Assembly: GCA_964293355.1 (NCBI GenBank)
Contig: CAXZAJ010000001.1
Span: 1 to 51,441, forward strand
Length of the DNA: 51,441 nucleotides
Reading direction: 5' to 3'
From: an uncultured bacterium
GTDB lineage: Bacteria > Spirochaetota > Spirochaetia > Treponematales > UBA12059
Position numbers and translations under genes: made by a program. Below the pieces are notes generated by a model, which worked only from the letters and a program-made list of their open reading frames with translations, was not told where the DNA came from and did no database searches. Positions within the stretch are counted from its first letter, which is position 1. Every line of letters starts with the position of its first letter. This document shows, in pieces, positions 1 through 8,440 of the stretch.

Positions 1-1
1 G

Positions 2-850
2 GCAGCCATGAATATGGCCATCCGCGGTATCGATTTCAACTTTGGCGGTGAGCCGGCCAATACCTTTACCCGTGATCTGCACCCCGGCCTGAGGGCTGGC
101 TTCGTCATGGCCAATCCGCCCTTCAACCAGGATGAATGGTGGGACGAAAAACTGGCCAATGATCGCCGTTGGACAGGCTTTCCAACGCCCCCCCGGCGCA
201 ATGCCAACTTTGCCTGGATGCTCCACATGCTCAGTCACCTGAATGACTCAGGCTCCATGGGCCTCTTGCTGGCCAACGGCTCCATGAGTTCAGCCACCAA
301 TGGTGAAGACGAGATTCGGCGCAAACTACTGGAACAGGACTTGGTGGAGTGCATGATAGCCCTGCCCGGACAGCTTTTTACCAATACCCAAATTCCTGCC
401 TGTATCTGGTTCCTCACCAAGAACAAAAAGGCACGCACTACATCTGCCGGCACTTACCGTGACCGCCGTGGCGAAGTGCTCTTTATCGATGCCCGCAACC
501 TTGGCCGCATGGTTTCCCGTGTTCAGCGCATTTTTGATGATGCCGACATCCAGAACATCAGCGCCACCGTGGATGCCTGGAAAGCAGGTAACAGCTACGA
601 AGACAAGCCCGGTTTTTGCAAGTCTGCCGCCATGGCCGATCTTGCAAAGAACGACTACGTCCTGACTCCCGGCCGCTATGTCGGCGCGGCTGATGTTGCA
701 GAGGACACCGAGCCCTTCGTCGAGAAAATGGCGCGCCTCACCACCCAGTTGGGCAAGCAGATTGCCGAAGGTGCCCGTCTGGAAGCGGAGATTCGCACGC
801 AACTGGCCAGCATCGGCTTTGAGGTGCCGGTTCCGGACTCGCGTACATGA
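2..850 (+). CDS. hsdM: Type I restriction-modification DNA methyltransferase subunit HsdM, C-terminal part (5' end off the window)
   Basis: The reading frame is open from the left edge. It contains the N6-adenine methyltransferase motif IV NPPFN (ANPPFNQDEWW) and an HsdM-like C-terminal region. hsdS and hsdR lie on the same strand downstream. Confidence 0.9.
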   Translation, partial: AAMNMAIRGIDFNFGGEPANTFTRDLHPGLRAGFVMANPPFNQDEWWDEKLANDRRWTGFPTPPRRNANFAWMLHMLSHLNDSGSMGLLLANGSMSSATNGEDEIRRKLLEQDLVECMIALPGQLFTNTQIPACIWFLTKNKKARTTSAGTYRDRRGEVLFIDARNLGRMVSRVQRIFDDADIQNISATVDAWKAGNSYEDKPGFCKSAAMADLAKNDYVLTPGRYVGAADVAEDTEPFVEKMARLTTQLGKQIAEGARLEAEIRTQLASIGFEVPVPDSRT

Positions 851-1107
851 ATAACGGTAAAGGAATTATAAAAAAAGAAACCCTGGATCCTGGCACCGCC
901 GCAGAGGACGGGAGAAGGAAAATCAGGGCTAACAGTAAGCATAGTCGCATGCCATGGAAAAATATTCAAGATAATGGGGCTAAGTTTTATGTTCATAGGA
1001 CCCGCAACGGGACAGCTTCGGCTACCGCACCAGTGCGGGTTGTTTTTATCACTAATGAACATGAATCCAAATAAGACGACGATTCAATCTCACCAGAGGA
1101 GTTTGAT

Positions 1108-2649
1108 ATGTTTCAGCGTAATCTAAGCCAGATTTGGGAACAGCTTCGGGGTAAAAGCCCTCAGTTTAAACATTTTTTGCAATCAGTGCGCATTGAGAAC
1201 CACAGGGGTATACGTGATTTATCAATCCAGTTTAAATTCCCCGTTACAGTAATCGCTGGGCCTAATGGATGTGGAAAAAGTACTGTTCTGTATTCCTGTG
1301 CTTGCGCTTACCGGGTAGAAGGGGCAGGCTTACGTGACTTTTTTCCATCAGCCATTTTCCCCAACCTTACCATCGATGACAATCTTCAGGATAAACCCAC
1401 TTCCAGCAACATTGATTATACCTATCTTCACGAAAACAAATTTTTCAACATGCGCTGGTCACGAAAAAAGAGCTGGGATAAAAGCTTTTTTGGCCGGAAA
1501 CAAGCCGTACAGCCCGAACGCGCCCTATATCTACGAACGCTCGCCAACCTGACCAGCCCCAGTGAGGTTCGCGGTGTTCTTACCATTGCCAAAAAAGATT
1601 TTACTACGGAGGACGTAACGGTTGATCAAATCGCCTTCGCCCAACGCATCCTTGGCTATAACTATTCGGCAATCAAGGCAATCAAATCCGGCAGCAAAGA
1701 CTTGCTGTTTGCTGCCCGGGACAACGGAGCCATGCAGTATTCGGAATTTCACATGTCTGCAGGCGAAAGGGCCCTTCTTCGTTTATCTCGTGAAATATCC
1801 AGCCTGCAAAATGCGCTGGTGCTGATTGATGAAATTGAGGCTGGTTTGCATCCATATACCCAACAGCAAATAATGCTGGAACTGCAACGTCTGGCTCTGC
1901 GTAACAACCTGCAGATCATAGTTACTACCCATAGCCCGGTAATATTAGAATGTGTACCCATCGAAGGGAAAGTGTTTCTGGAACGTACCGAGGACAACGT
2001 TATCCAAAAATCTGCCTATCGCACTATTATACAAAAAGCTTACTATGGCCAAACCCTTGATCGACTTTCCATTCTTTGCGAAGATGAGGTTGGCGAAGCC
2101 TTTGTTCGGGGTGTACTTGATTGCCTGAACCCAAAGCTGGAACTGATACAGGAAGATATCGAAGTCGGTCGTGATACAGGAAAAAACGAGTTTCCTGGTC
2201 ACATCAGGGCTCTACATAAATTCAGTAAACTTTCGGACTTCCTGTTTGTGCTGGATGGCGATGCCCGTAGCATGGAAACAGAAATCAAGGCTGCAGCGCC
2301 GGGTGAACAAGTCAGGCCAATCTTCCTGCCCGGAGACAGTATCCCCGAAGCATGGTGCTGGAAGATCCTGGAAACTGACACAGATACCTATGCACAAAAA
2401 CTAGGCATAGCCGTCGTAGAACTCAAACAGCGCATGGCCCGTTTGTCGAGTCTGTATCAAGCCGCAGCCGACAAGCAGACTCAAAAAGATAAACAGCAAT
2501 TTTTTGACCTTGCCACCAGCTTGGGGCGTACCACCACCGACCTTGTACGTTTGGTCAGCCGTCAGGAAACCGAACAGGGCACTGGGGATATTGTGCTTTT
2601 GGTGCAAGACCTTGAAAACCAGATCCGCGACTGGCTGGCCAGAAAATAA
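1108..2649 (+). CDS. ABC/OLD-like ATPase with C-terminal Toprim/DUF4435-like region (RloA-RloB / OLD-family-like fusion), 513 aa
   Basis: ATPase motifs: Walker A GPNGCGKST, signature-like SAGERAL, Walker B VLIDEIEAGLHP, H-loop TTHSP. The C-terminal ~170 aa shows the acidic pattern LCEDEVGE ... FVLDGDAR (E...DxD), as in Toprim-type nucleases. An AGAGGAG RBS lies upstream of the ATG. Confidence 0.75.
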   Translation: MFQRNLSQIWEQLRGKSPQFKHFLQSVRIENHRGIRDLSIQFKFPVTVIAGPNGCGKSTVLYSCACAYRVEGAGLRDFFPSAIFPNLTIDDNLQDKPTSSNIDYTYLHENKFFNMRWSRKKSWDKSFFGRKQAVQPERALYLRTLANLTSPSEVRGVLTIAKKDFTTEDVTVDQIAFAQRILGYNYSAIKAIKSGSKDLLFAARDNGAMQYSEFHMSAGERALLRLSREISSLQNALVLIDEIEAGLHPYTQQQIMLELQRLALRNNLQIIVTTHSPVILECVPIEGKVFLERTEDNVIQKSAYRTIIQKAYYGQTLDRLSILCEDEVGEAFVRGVLDCLNPKLELIQEDIEVGRDTGKNEFPGHIRALHKFSKLSDFLFVLDGDARSMETEIKAAAPGEQVRPIFLPGDSIPEAWCWKILETDTDTYAQKLGIAVVELKQRMARLSSLYQAAADKQTQKDKQQFFDLATSLGRTTTDLVRLVSRQETEQGTGDIVLLVQDLENQIRDWLARK

Positions 2650-2653
2650 TCCT

Positions 2654-2911
2654 ATGACCCCACCATCAGTCGACCAAGCCCTTACCGTCCAAGCCCTCAT
2701 CGACCAACTCAAGCATTACGATCCAACTCTGCCCATAGTGGTTCAGAGTTACGAAGACGGTTACGACCCGCTCACGCACTTGCGCGTTCTTACAATCGAG
2801 CCCACAACACCGCACCCCGCCTGGTACAACGGCATCTATCAGGAAAAACCTCAGGCCAGCCAATCCGCGCTCTTGCTCTACTCAATCCTGAGCCGTGAGG
2901 AAAAGCCATGA
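2654..2911 (+). CDS. small hypothetical protein (85 aa), no recognisable family
   Basis: The ATG lies 5 nt after the ATPase stop. Its stop overlaps the hsdS start (ATGA at 2908-2911). The longer ORF-track version from 2504 overlaps the ATPase gene and is unlikely. No obvious RBS. Confidence 0.4.
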   Translation: MTPPSVDQALTVQALIDQLKHYDPTLPIVVQSYEDGYDPLTHLRVLTIEPTTPHPAWYNGIYQEKPQASQSALLLYSILSREEKP

Positions 2912-4284
2912 TACAAAAAGACAAAAAGGGAGGAGTCTCCCCCCTTGCTCCCCCGGTCCTGCGAATCTCGGACCGGGCCTCGGTTCCTGCGTCGACTGCG
3001 GGGTCTTCCGCTACCCCCCTAGGTGTGTTGCCGGCGGGATGGAGATTTTTACCGATTGATCTAGTCACAAACAATCATGACTCAAAACGCCGTCCGGTTA
3101 AAGGATCAGAAAGAAAATCAGGGCCTTATCCCTATTATGGTGCATCTGGAATTGTAGATTGGGTTGATGACTATATTTTTGATGGCGAATATCTACTTGT
3201 TGCTGAAGATGGTGAAAACTTAAAGACCACACAAACACCAATTGCTTTTCTTTCCATGGGTAAGTCATGGGTAAATAATCATGCACATATTATCACAGGA
3301 AATGAAAAGGCACTTACTAAGTATTTACTGTACGCATTACAGAATATGGATATCAAGCCATATTTAACAGGGGCTGTAATGCCCAAGTTAACTCAGGCAA
3401 ATTTAAACAGTATTCAAATATTATTGCCACCACTTCTACAACAACAAAAAATCGCCGCCATCCTCTCAGCCCTCGACGACAAGATCGCCCTCAATCGTGC
3501 CACCAACCAGACGCTCGAACAGATTGCCCAGGCTCTCTTCAAAAGCTGGTTTGTCGACTTTGACCCCGTCCACGCCAAAGCCCGGGGCGAACAACCCGTC
3601 GGTATGGATGCCGCCACCGCCGCCCTCTTCCCCGACAGTTTTGAAGAATCGGAGCTGGGGATGATTCCGAAGGGGTGGGAAGTGAAGAAGTTGTCGGAAT
3701 TGATACAAATCACTGGTGGAGGTACACCCAAACGGTCAGAAGAATCATATTGGAATGGCAATATCCCCTGGTACTCCGTAAAGGACGCACCTAATGAAAG
3801 CGATGTATTTGTCATCGACACTGACGAACATATCTCTGAAATAGGACTTAAGGAGTCTTCAACTCGACTGCTCTCGGTTGGTACAACTATTATTTCTGCA
3901 CGTGGGACTGTTGGAAAGTTGGCTTTAGTTGCCACCCCCATGTGTATGAACCAATCATGTTATGGAATACTTGGAAATAATGGAAGCAGCAACTGTTATA
4001 ATTATTTTAATCTTAAATTCGCACTTTCTATGTTACAAGAAAAGGTTCATGGTGCTGTATTTGATACAATAACAACAGCAACGTTTGAAACGTGCTTTGT
4101 TGTCTTTCCTGGAATCAAGTATACCGCTCAATACGAGTCGGCCATTCAATCGGCAATGAAGCAGATTGAGACCAATGTACGACAAAATACTGTTCTAAAC
4201 AATATCCGCGACTCCCTGCTTCCCAAGCTCCTGTCCGGGGAAATATCGGTGGCTGATGTTGCCTATCAGGGTTCAAAAAAATGA
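2908..4284 (+). CDS. hsdS: Type I restriction-modification specificity subunit HsdS (two target-recognition domains)
   Basis: Two TRD-like halves (LPAGWRF..., IPKGWEV...). Central conserved spacer LLPPLLQQQKIAAILSALDDKIALN...FKSWFVDFDP and C-terminal LLPKLLSGEISV. The true start may be GTG 3025 or TTG 3028 rather than ATG 2908 (see finding). Confidence 0.9.
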   Translation: MIQKDKKGGVSPLAPPVLRISDRASVPASTAGSSATPLGVLPAGWRFLPIDLVTNNHDSKRRPVKGSERKSGPYPYYGASGIVDWVDDYIFDGEYLLVAEDGENLKTTQTPIAFLSMGKSWVNNHAHIITGNEKALTKYLLYALQNMDIKPYLTGAVMPKLTQANLNSIQILLPPLLQQQKIAAILSALDDKIALNRATNQTLEQIAQALFKSWFVDFDPVHAKARGEQPVGMDAATAALFPDSFEESELGMIPKGWEVKKLSELIQITGGGTPKRSEESYWNGNIPWYSVKDAPNESDVFVIDTDEHISEIGLKESSTRLLSVGTTIISARGTVGKLALVATPMCMNQSCYGILGNNGSSNCYNYFNLKFALSMLQEKVHGAVFDTITTATFETCFVVFPGIKYTAQYESAIQSAMKQIETNVRQNTVLNNIRDSLLPKLLSGEISVADVAYQGSKK

Positions 4285-7200
4285 ATCTCAATTTTTGGGA
4301 AGCCTATCAGCTGGATTTCCGGAGTGCCGATGGTATTCCTTCTATTTTATGCGAAGGGCCAGAGCAATTCTCAGAAATAATTAATTTGCTGGGCAAAATC
4401 CCTGAATCAAAATTTGTTTTTCGCGGACAAAGAAGGGCGGACTGGAAACTTACACCGGGTCTGGCCCGTTTCTCACCTGAGCGAATTGTCAAGGAAGATC
4501 ATGCAAAGGAGCAAATTGACCTATTTCGCAAGTCGGTTCGGGGATTTAAAATGGATCGCTCTCTACTAGAGGGCAATGATAGTCGTGCAGAGAAGGAACT
4601 TTGGTCAACTGGTCAACATTGTGGCCTGCACACACCATTATTGGACTGGACCAGTGCCCCATTCATTGCACTATTTTTTGCTTTTGAGCAAAAAGACTGT
4701 GCTCACAAACAAAAAAATCCATTCCGCTGTGTTTTCGCTCTAAATAAACTCAAAGTAGAATCGCTTTGGGTAGCAAACGCCGACGATTCAATTCGTTTTA
4801 TTGAACCAATTGAAGATGAGCAGGGCCGCCTAGTTGCTCAGGAGGGGCTGTTTACTATATCGCCCTACGGAAAAAACTTTGAAGAAACCCTTCTAAATGG
4901 GTTGGCATCCAAACTTGTTCAAGGCGAAGTCATTTCTGATCCGAACGTTGTAGCGCCATATCTGCTAAGGATTTTGATTGTAAATCGAAACCAGCCAGAG
5001 ATTATTAAATTTCTACGGGATATGAGTATTAATTATGCCAAAATGTACCCCGGCTTAATTGGAGCTTCTCAGGACTGCAACTCGATATTTGAAACAAAAT
5101 ATGTAAACCAGGTAACTGCCCTTGATTCGATAGAGGAAACTCTCCAGACCATCAATCCACCAGCTCTCGCTCGCTTCCCTCAAGAACTAATACCAAGCCT
5201 TACACAAACTATTCAACTATACTGGAACCATCATGCATCCGCGAGTAGCCTTGCTGTGGCCAATTTAATTGGTGCTTGGGACGAAAACAACGCGGTCGAT
5301 ATCGCCGCCATTACTGAGTTATCCGGAAAAACTTACGATACCTTGGTGTATGAATATCGCGAGATTTTGGAGCATCCCGAATCGCCCCTTAGCTTTGTGT
5401 CTGGACATTGGCAGGTCAAGGATAGAATAGATTTGTTGGAATCTTTAAAATCCCGCCTGTTTGAAAAAGACCTTACTATTCTGATGAAAATTGCCCTCAA
5501 GGTATTTACGGAGATTGACCCAGCGTTTGAACTTGAGCCCGAGCAACGGTTTGCGGCCAGTATTTATGGAAAAAAAACCTTATATTCAAATATCCTAAGA
5601 AAAGGATTGGCCGAAGGTCTGGCTATGCTTGGAAGCACGAAATTGGATTTCCCTCGTTGCTCACAATCAAGTATCCATTCAGCGGTTAAAACTTCAATTT
5701 GCGAGATTCTAGACTCTACCGATTGGCAATTGTGGGGTAGTCTCAACAGTCTTTTGCCTACTCTGGCCGAGGCAGCCCCGGAAGTTTTTCTTAACCAAAT
5801 TGAACATGCCTTGCATGTTTCTCCCTGTCCCTTTGACCAGCTTTTTACCCAAGAGGGAATTGGCGCTTTAGGCCATAACTACCTAACCGGGTTGTGGTGG
5901 GCATTGGAAAATTTAGCATGGGACCAGACCTACCTTGTCCACGCAACACAAGTCTTGGGTGAACTGGCTGCGCATGACCCCGGCGGGAATTGGGTAAACC
6001 GTCCTATTAATTCCTTAACCACAATTTTCTTACCCTGGCGCTATCAAACCCTGGCTTCTATCGATAAACGCACGACCGCTGTCCAAACTCTCTGTGTAAA
6101 TTGGCCCAATATCGGTTGGAAACTATTGTTGAACTTGCTACCAAATCATTTCCAAACTAGTTCTGGTACTTCCAAGCCAGTTTGGCTCCTACGTATCCCA
6201 GAAGACCATGGTAAAACAATCAACAATACCGAATACTGGCAACAGATAGAAAACTATTCCAAGATAGCAATTGCCCAAGCCAAATCTGATAGTAAGAAGT
6301 TGGCAGAGCTTATTGACCATAGCACTGACCTGCCACCAGAAGTATTTCGTCAATTCGTCAAACGTCTGTCTCTCGATGACCTTAAAGAATTGCCAGACCA
6401 AGAGCGTTTGTTCATTTGGGACCATCTCCTAAAACTGACGGTTAAGCATCGGAAGTTTCCTGAAGCGAAGTGGGTTATGCCGGTTGAACGTTTAGAGGCA
6501 CTGGAGACGATTTCTGCTGGTTTGGCCCCAGTTGATCCATTTATTCTTCACCAACCCTTATTCACCGATCGAGATTTTGATTTGTACGAAGATACAGACG
6601 ACTATGCCGCGCAAGCTACTAAACTCGACCAGCGTCGCCAGGCTGCTATTCAACAGATTTTTAACACCAAGGGATTTGGAAGCGTAGTTGATTTTGCCAA
6701 CCAAGTAATTTCGCCCAGCCAAGTAGGACACGCCCTTGGAGGAATCAGCGATGAATCGATTGATCTCCAAATCTTGCCCTCATTTCTGGATGATGGTAAT
6801 GCCGTGCACATCGCCTTAGCCACAGGCTTTATTTGGAAACGACTCAACATCTATGGTTGGGAGTGGTGCGATACCTTTGCGGAGTTGAAATGGAGCACAA
6901 AACAGATTACGAAGTTCTTTTGTTTGTTGCCATTCAAAACCGAAGCCTGGTCTAGGGCCGAAAAATGGCTGGGGGCTGATCAGAGTGAATACTGGACCCA
7001 AACAAATGCTAATCCCTATCAGCACGATGGCATACCAGAGTATGCAATTGAAAAGATGCTTGAAAACGGCAGGCCTTTTGCGGCCATCAATTGCCTTGCG
7101 GTGGCCCACCAATTTAAACACACAATTTCGACTAATCAAGTCAAAAGAGCCCTGTTAGATGCATGCCAGTCCCAAGAACCTGTTGAGGCCCTGGATCGAC

Positions 7201-7916
7201 ACAACATTACTGAAACCATCAAGTACCTTCAGGACAGCCCAGATGTTACGGACGAAGAACGCATCGCTATTGAATGGGCTTTCCTGGCCATGCTCGATGA
7301 GTACAGTGGTACGCGACCCAGAACACTGGAGCGACAATTAGCCAATGATCCTAATCTCTTTTGTGAGCTTATTCGCTTGATATTTCGCTCCAAGAATTTC
7401 CAGCAGGAACAAGAGCTTCCCGATGAACAAAAGAAAAACACGGCCATAAACGCCTATCGTTTGTTGGACAACTGGAAAACGATTCCAGGAATGCAAGAAT
7501 CCGGAGTTTTTGACGCTCAGTTTTTCGAAGAGTGGTTCAACCAAATACGCAAATCTACGGCTGAGTCTGGCCATCTTGAAATTGCTTTGAGCAAGGTAGG
7601 CGTTGTTCTGGTGCATGCTCCCGCCGATCCAGAAGGATTATGGATTCACAAGGCAGTCGCCAAAGCTTTGAATGGAGTAGAGGCCGATAGTTTGAGGCAA
7701 GGATACCAAATAGGGATTATGAACAGTCGTGGTGTCCACTGGGTTGATCCATCAGGTAAGCCAGAACTTGATTTGGCAGAAGAATATGATCAAAAAGAAA
7801 AAGCAATACTTTCGCAAGGCTACCATAAGTTCGCCCAAACACTCCGGGGTATTGCGGAGAATTATAGGGAAGACGCTGACAGAATACGGCGCCAATACGA
7901 AGGTGACGACGAATAA
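4281..7916 (+). CDS. FRG-domain protein with ~950-aa C-terminal alpha-helical region of unknown function (1211 aa)
   Basis: The N-terminal ~260 aa carry the FRG-domain hallmarks FVFRGQRRADW, GQHCGLHTPLLDWTSAPFIALFFA and GRLVAQEGLFT. The rest has no motif I recognise. The start overlaps the hsdS stop (ATGA). Confidence 0.85.
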   Translation: MNLNFWEAYQLDFRSADGIPSILCEGPEQFSEIINLLGKIPESKFVFRGQRRADWKLTPGLARFSPERIVKEDHAKEQIDLFRKSVRGFKMDRSLLEGNDSRAEKELWSTGQHCGLHTPLLDWTSAPFIALFFAFEQKDCAHKQKNPFRCVFALNKLKVESLWVANADDSIRFIEPIEDEQGRLVAQEGLFTISPYGKNFEETLLNGLASKLVQGEVISDPNVVAPYLLRILIVNRNQPEIIKFLRDMSINYAKMYPGLIGASQDCNSIFETKYVNQVTALDSIEETLQTINPPALARFPQELIPSLTQTIQLYWNHHASASSLAVANLIGAWDENNAVDIAAITELSGKTYDTLVYEYREILEHPESPLSFVSGHWQVKDRIDLLESLKSRLFEKDLTILMKIALKVFTEIDPAFELEPEQRFAASIYGKKTLYSNILRKGLAEGLAMLGSTKLDFPRCSQSSIHSAVKTSICEILDSTDWQLWGSLNSLLPTLAEAAPEVFLNQIEHALHVSPCPFDQLFTQEGIGALGHNYLTGLWWALENLAWDQTYLVHATQVLGELAAHDPGGNWVNRPINSLTTIFLPWRYQTLASIDKRTTAVQTLCVNWPNIGWKLLLNLLPNHFQTSSGTSKPVWLLRIPEDHGKTINNTEYWQQIENYSKIAIAQAKSDSKKLAELIDHSTDLPPEVFRQFVKRLSLDDLKELPDQERLFIWDHLLKLTVKHRKFPEAKWVMPVERLEALETISAGLAPVDPFILHQPLFTDRDFDLYEDTDDYAAQATKLDQRRQAAIQQIFNTKGFGSVVDFANQVISPSQVGHALGGISDESIDLQILPSFLDDGNAVHIALATGFIWKRLNIYGWEWCDTFAELKWSTKQITKFFCLLPFKTEAWSRAEKWLGADQSEYWTQTNANPYQHDGIPEYAIEKMLENGRPFAAINCLAVAHQFKHTISTNQVKRALLDACQSQEPVEALDRHNITETIKYLQDSPDVTDEERIAIEWAFLAMLDEYSGTRPRTLERQLANDPNLFCELIRLIFRSKNFQQEQELPDEQKKNTAINAYRLLDNWKTIPGMQESGVFDAQFFEEWFNQIRKSTAESGHLEIALSKVGVVLVHAPADPEGLWIHKAVAKALNGVEADSLRQGYQIGIMNSRGVHWVDPSGKPELDLAEEYDQKEKAILSQGYHKFAQTLRGIAENYREDADRIRRQYEGDDE

Positions 7917-7951
7917 CCCTATCATCTGCGTATTCTTGACTGGAGCGAAAA

Positions 7952-8440
7952 ATGACTGACCAGGAACCTGAACCAATGAATCCCGACATCTCTCCCACCC
8001 ATGGCCAATTCCTTGTGTACCAGACTGAGAACGGACACATCAAGCTGGATGTCCGCTTTGAAGGCGAAACGGTTTGGCTTACCCAACCCATGCTGGCAGA
8101 ATTGTTCCAGACGACACAGCAGAATATCAGCCAACACATTCTTAATATCTATGAAGAAGAAGAACTTGCCCCGGAGGCAACTCACAAGGATTTCTTGTTG
8201 GTTCGAACTGAGGGCAATCGAAAGGTCAAGCGCCTCCTGGATTACTACAACCTCGATATGATTATTTCCGTGGGCTACCGTATCAAGAGCCATGTAGCCA
8301 CCCGCTTCCGCATCTGGGCTACTGCATGTTTACGAGAAATAAAATTATTCGATGATCAACATGCACAAAACACGTTAGAATTGGCTCATATTCCGTTTGT
8401 TTCGTATATATTGCACGATTTTGAGGTGGTATCATGCTGA
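7952..8440 (+). CDS. rhuM: RhuM-family protein, N-terminal fragment only (truncated, 162 aa)
   Basis: The N-terminal ~120 aa match the RhuM pattern (FLVYQTENGHIKLDVRFEGETVWLTQPMLAELFQTTQQNISQHI ... YNLDMIISVGYRIKSHVATRFRIWAT). From about nt 8320 the sequence becomes an unrelated AT-rich tail. Full-length family members are about twice this size. Confidence 0.65.
   Translation: MTDQEPEPMNPDISPTHGQFLVYQTENGHIKLDVRFEGETVWLTQPMLAELFQTTQQNISQHILNIYEEEELAPEATHKDFLLVRTEGNRKVKRLLDYYNLDMIISVGYRIKSHVATRFRIWATACLREIKLFDDQHAQNTLELAHIPFVSYILHDFEVVSC

Noticed and set aside
847-1074. A 75-aa ORF overlapping the hsdM stop, considered as a confident protein-coding gene.
   Set aside because: No family resemblance and a low-complexity basic composition. 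It contains the terminator-like hairpin. I kept it only as a note within the junction finding.
5570-5577. A8 homopolymers inside the FRG gene (5570-5577) and hsdR (13029-13036), considered as phase-variation tracts.
   Set aside because: A-runs of this length are not unusual in AT-rich coding sequence encoding Lys-Lys. Both are in frame, and nothing about the local sequence looks degenerate. This contrasts with the C9 tract in high-GC MCP2, which I kept as a finding.
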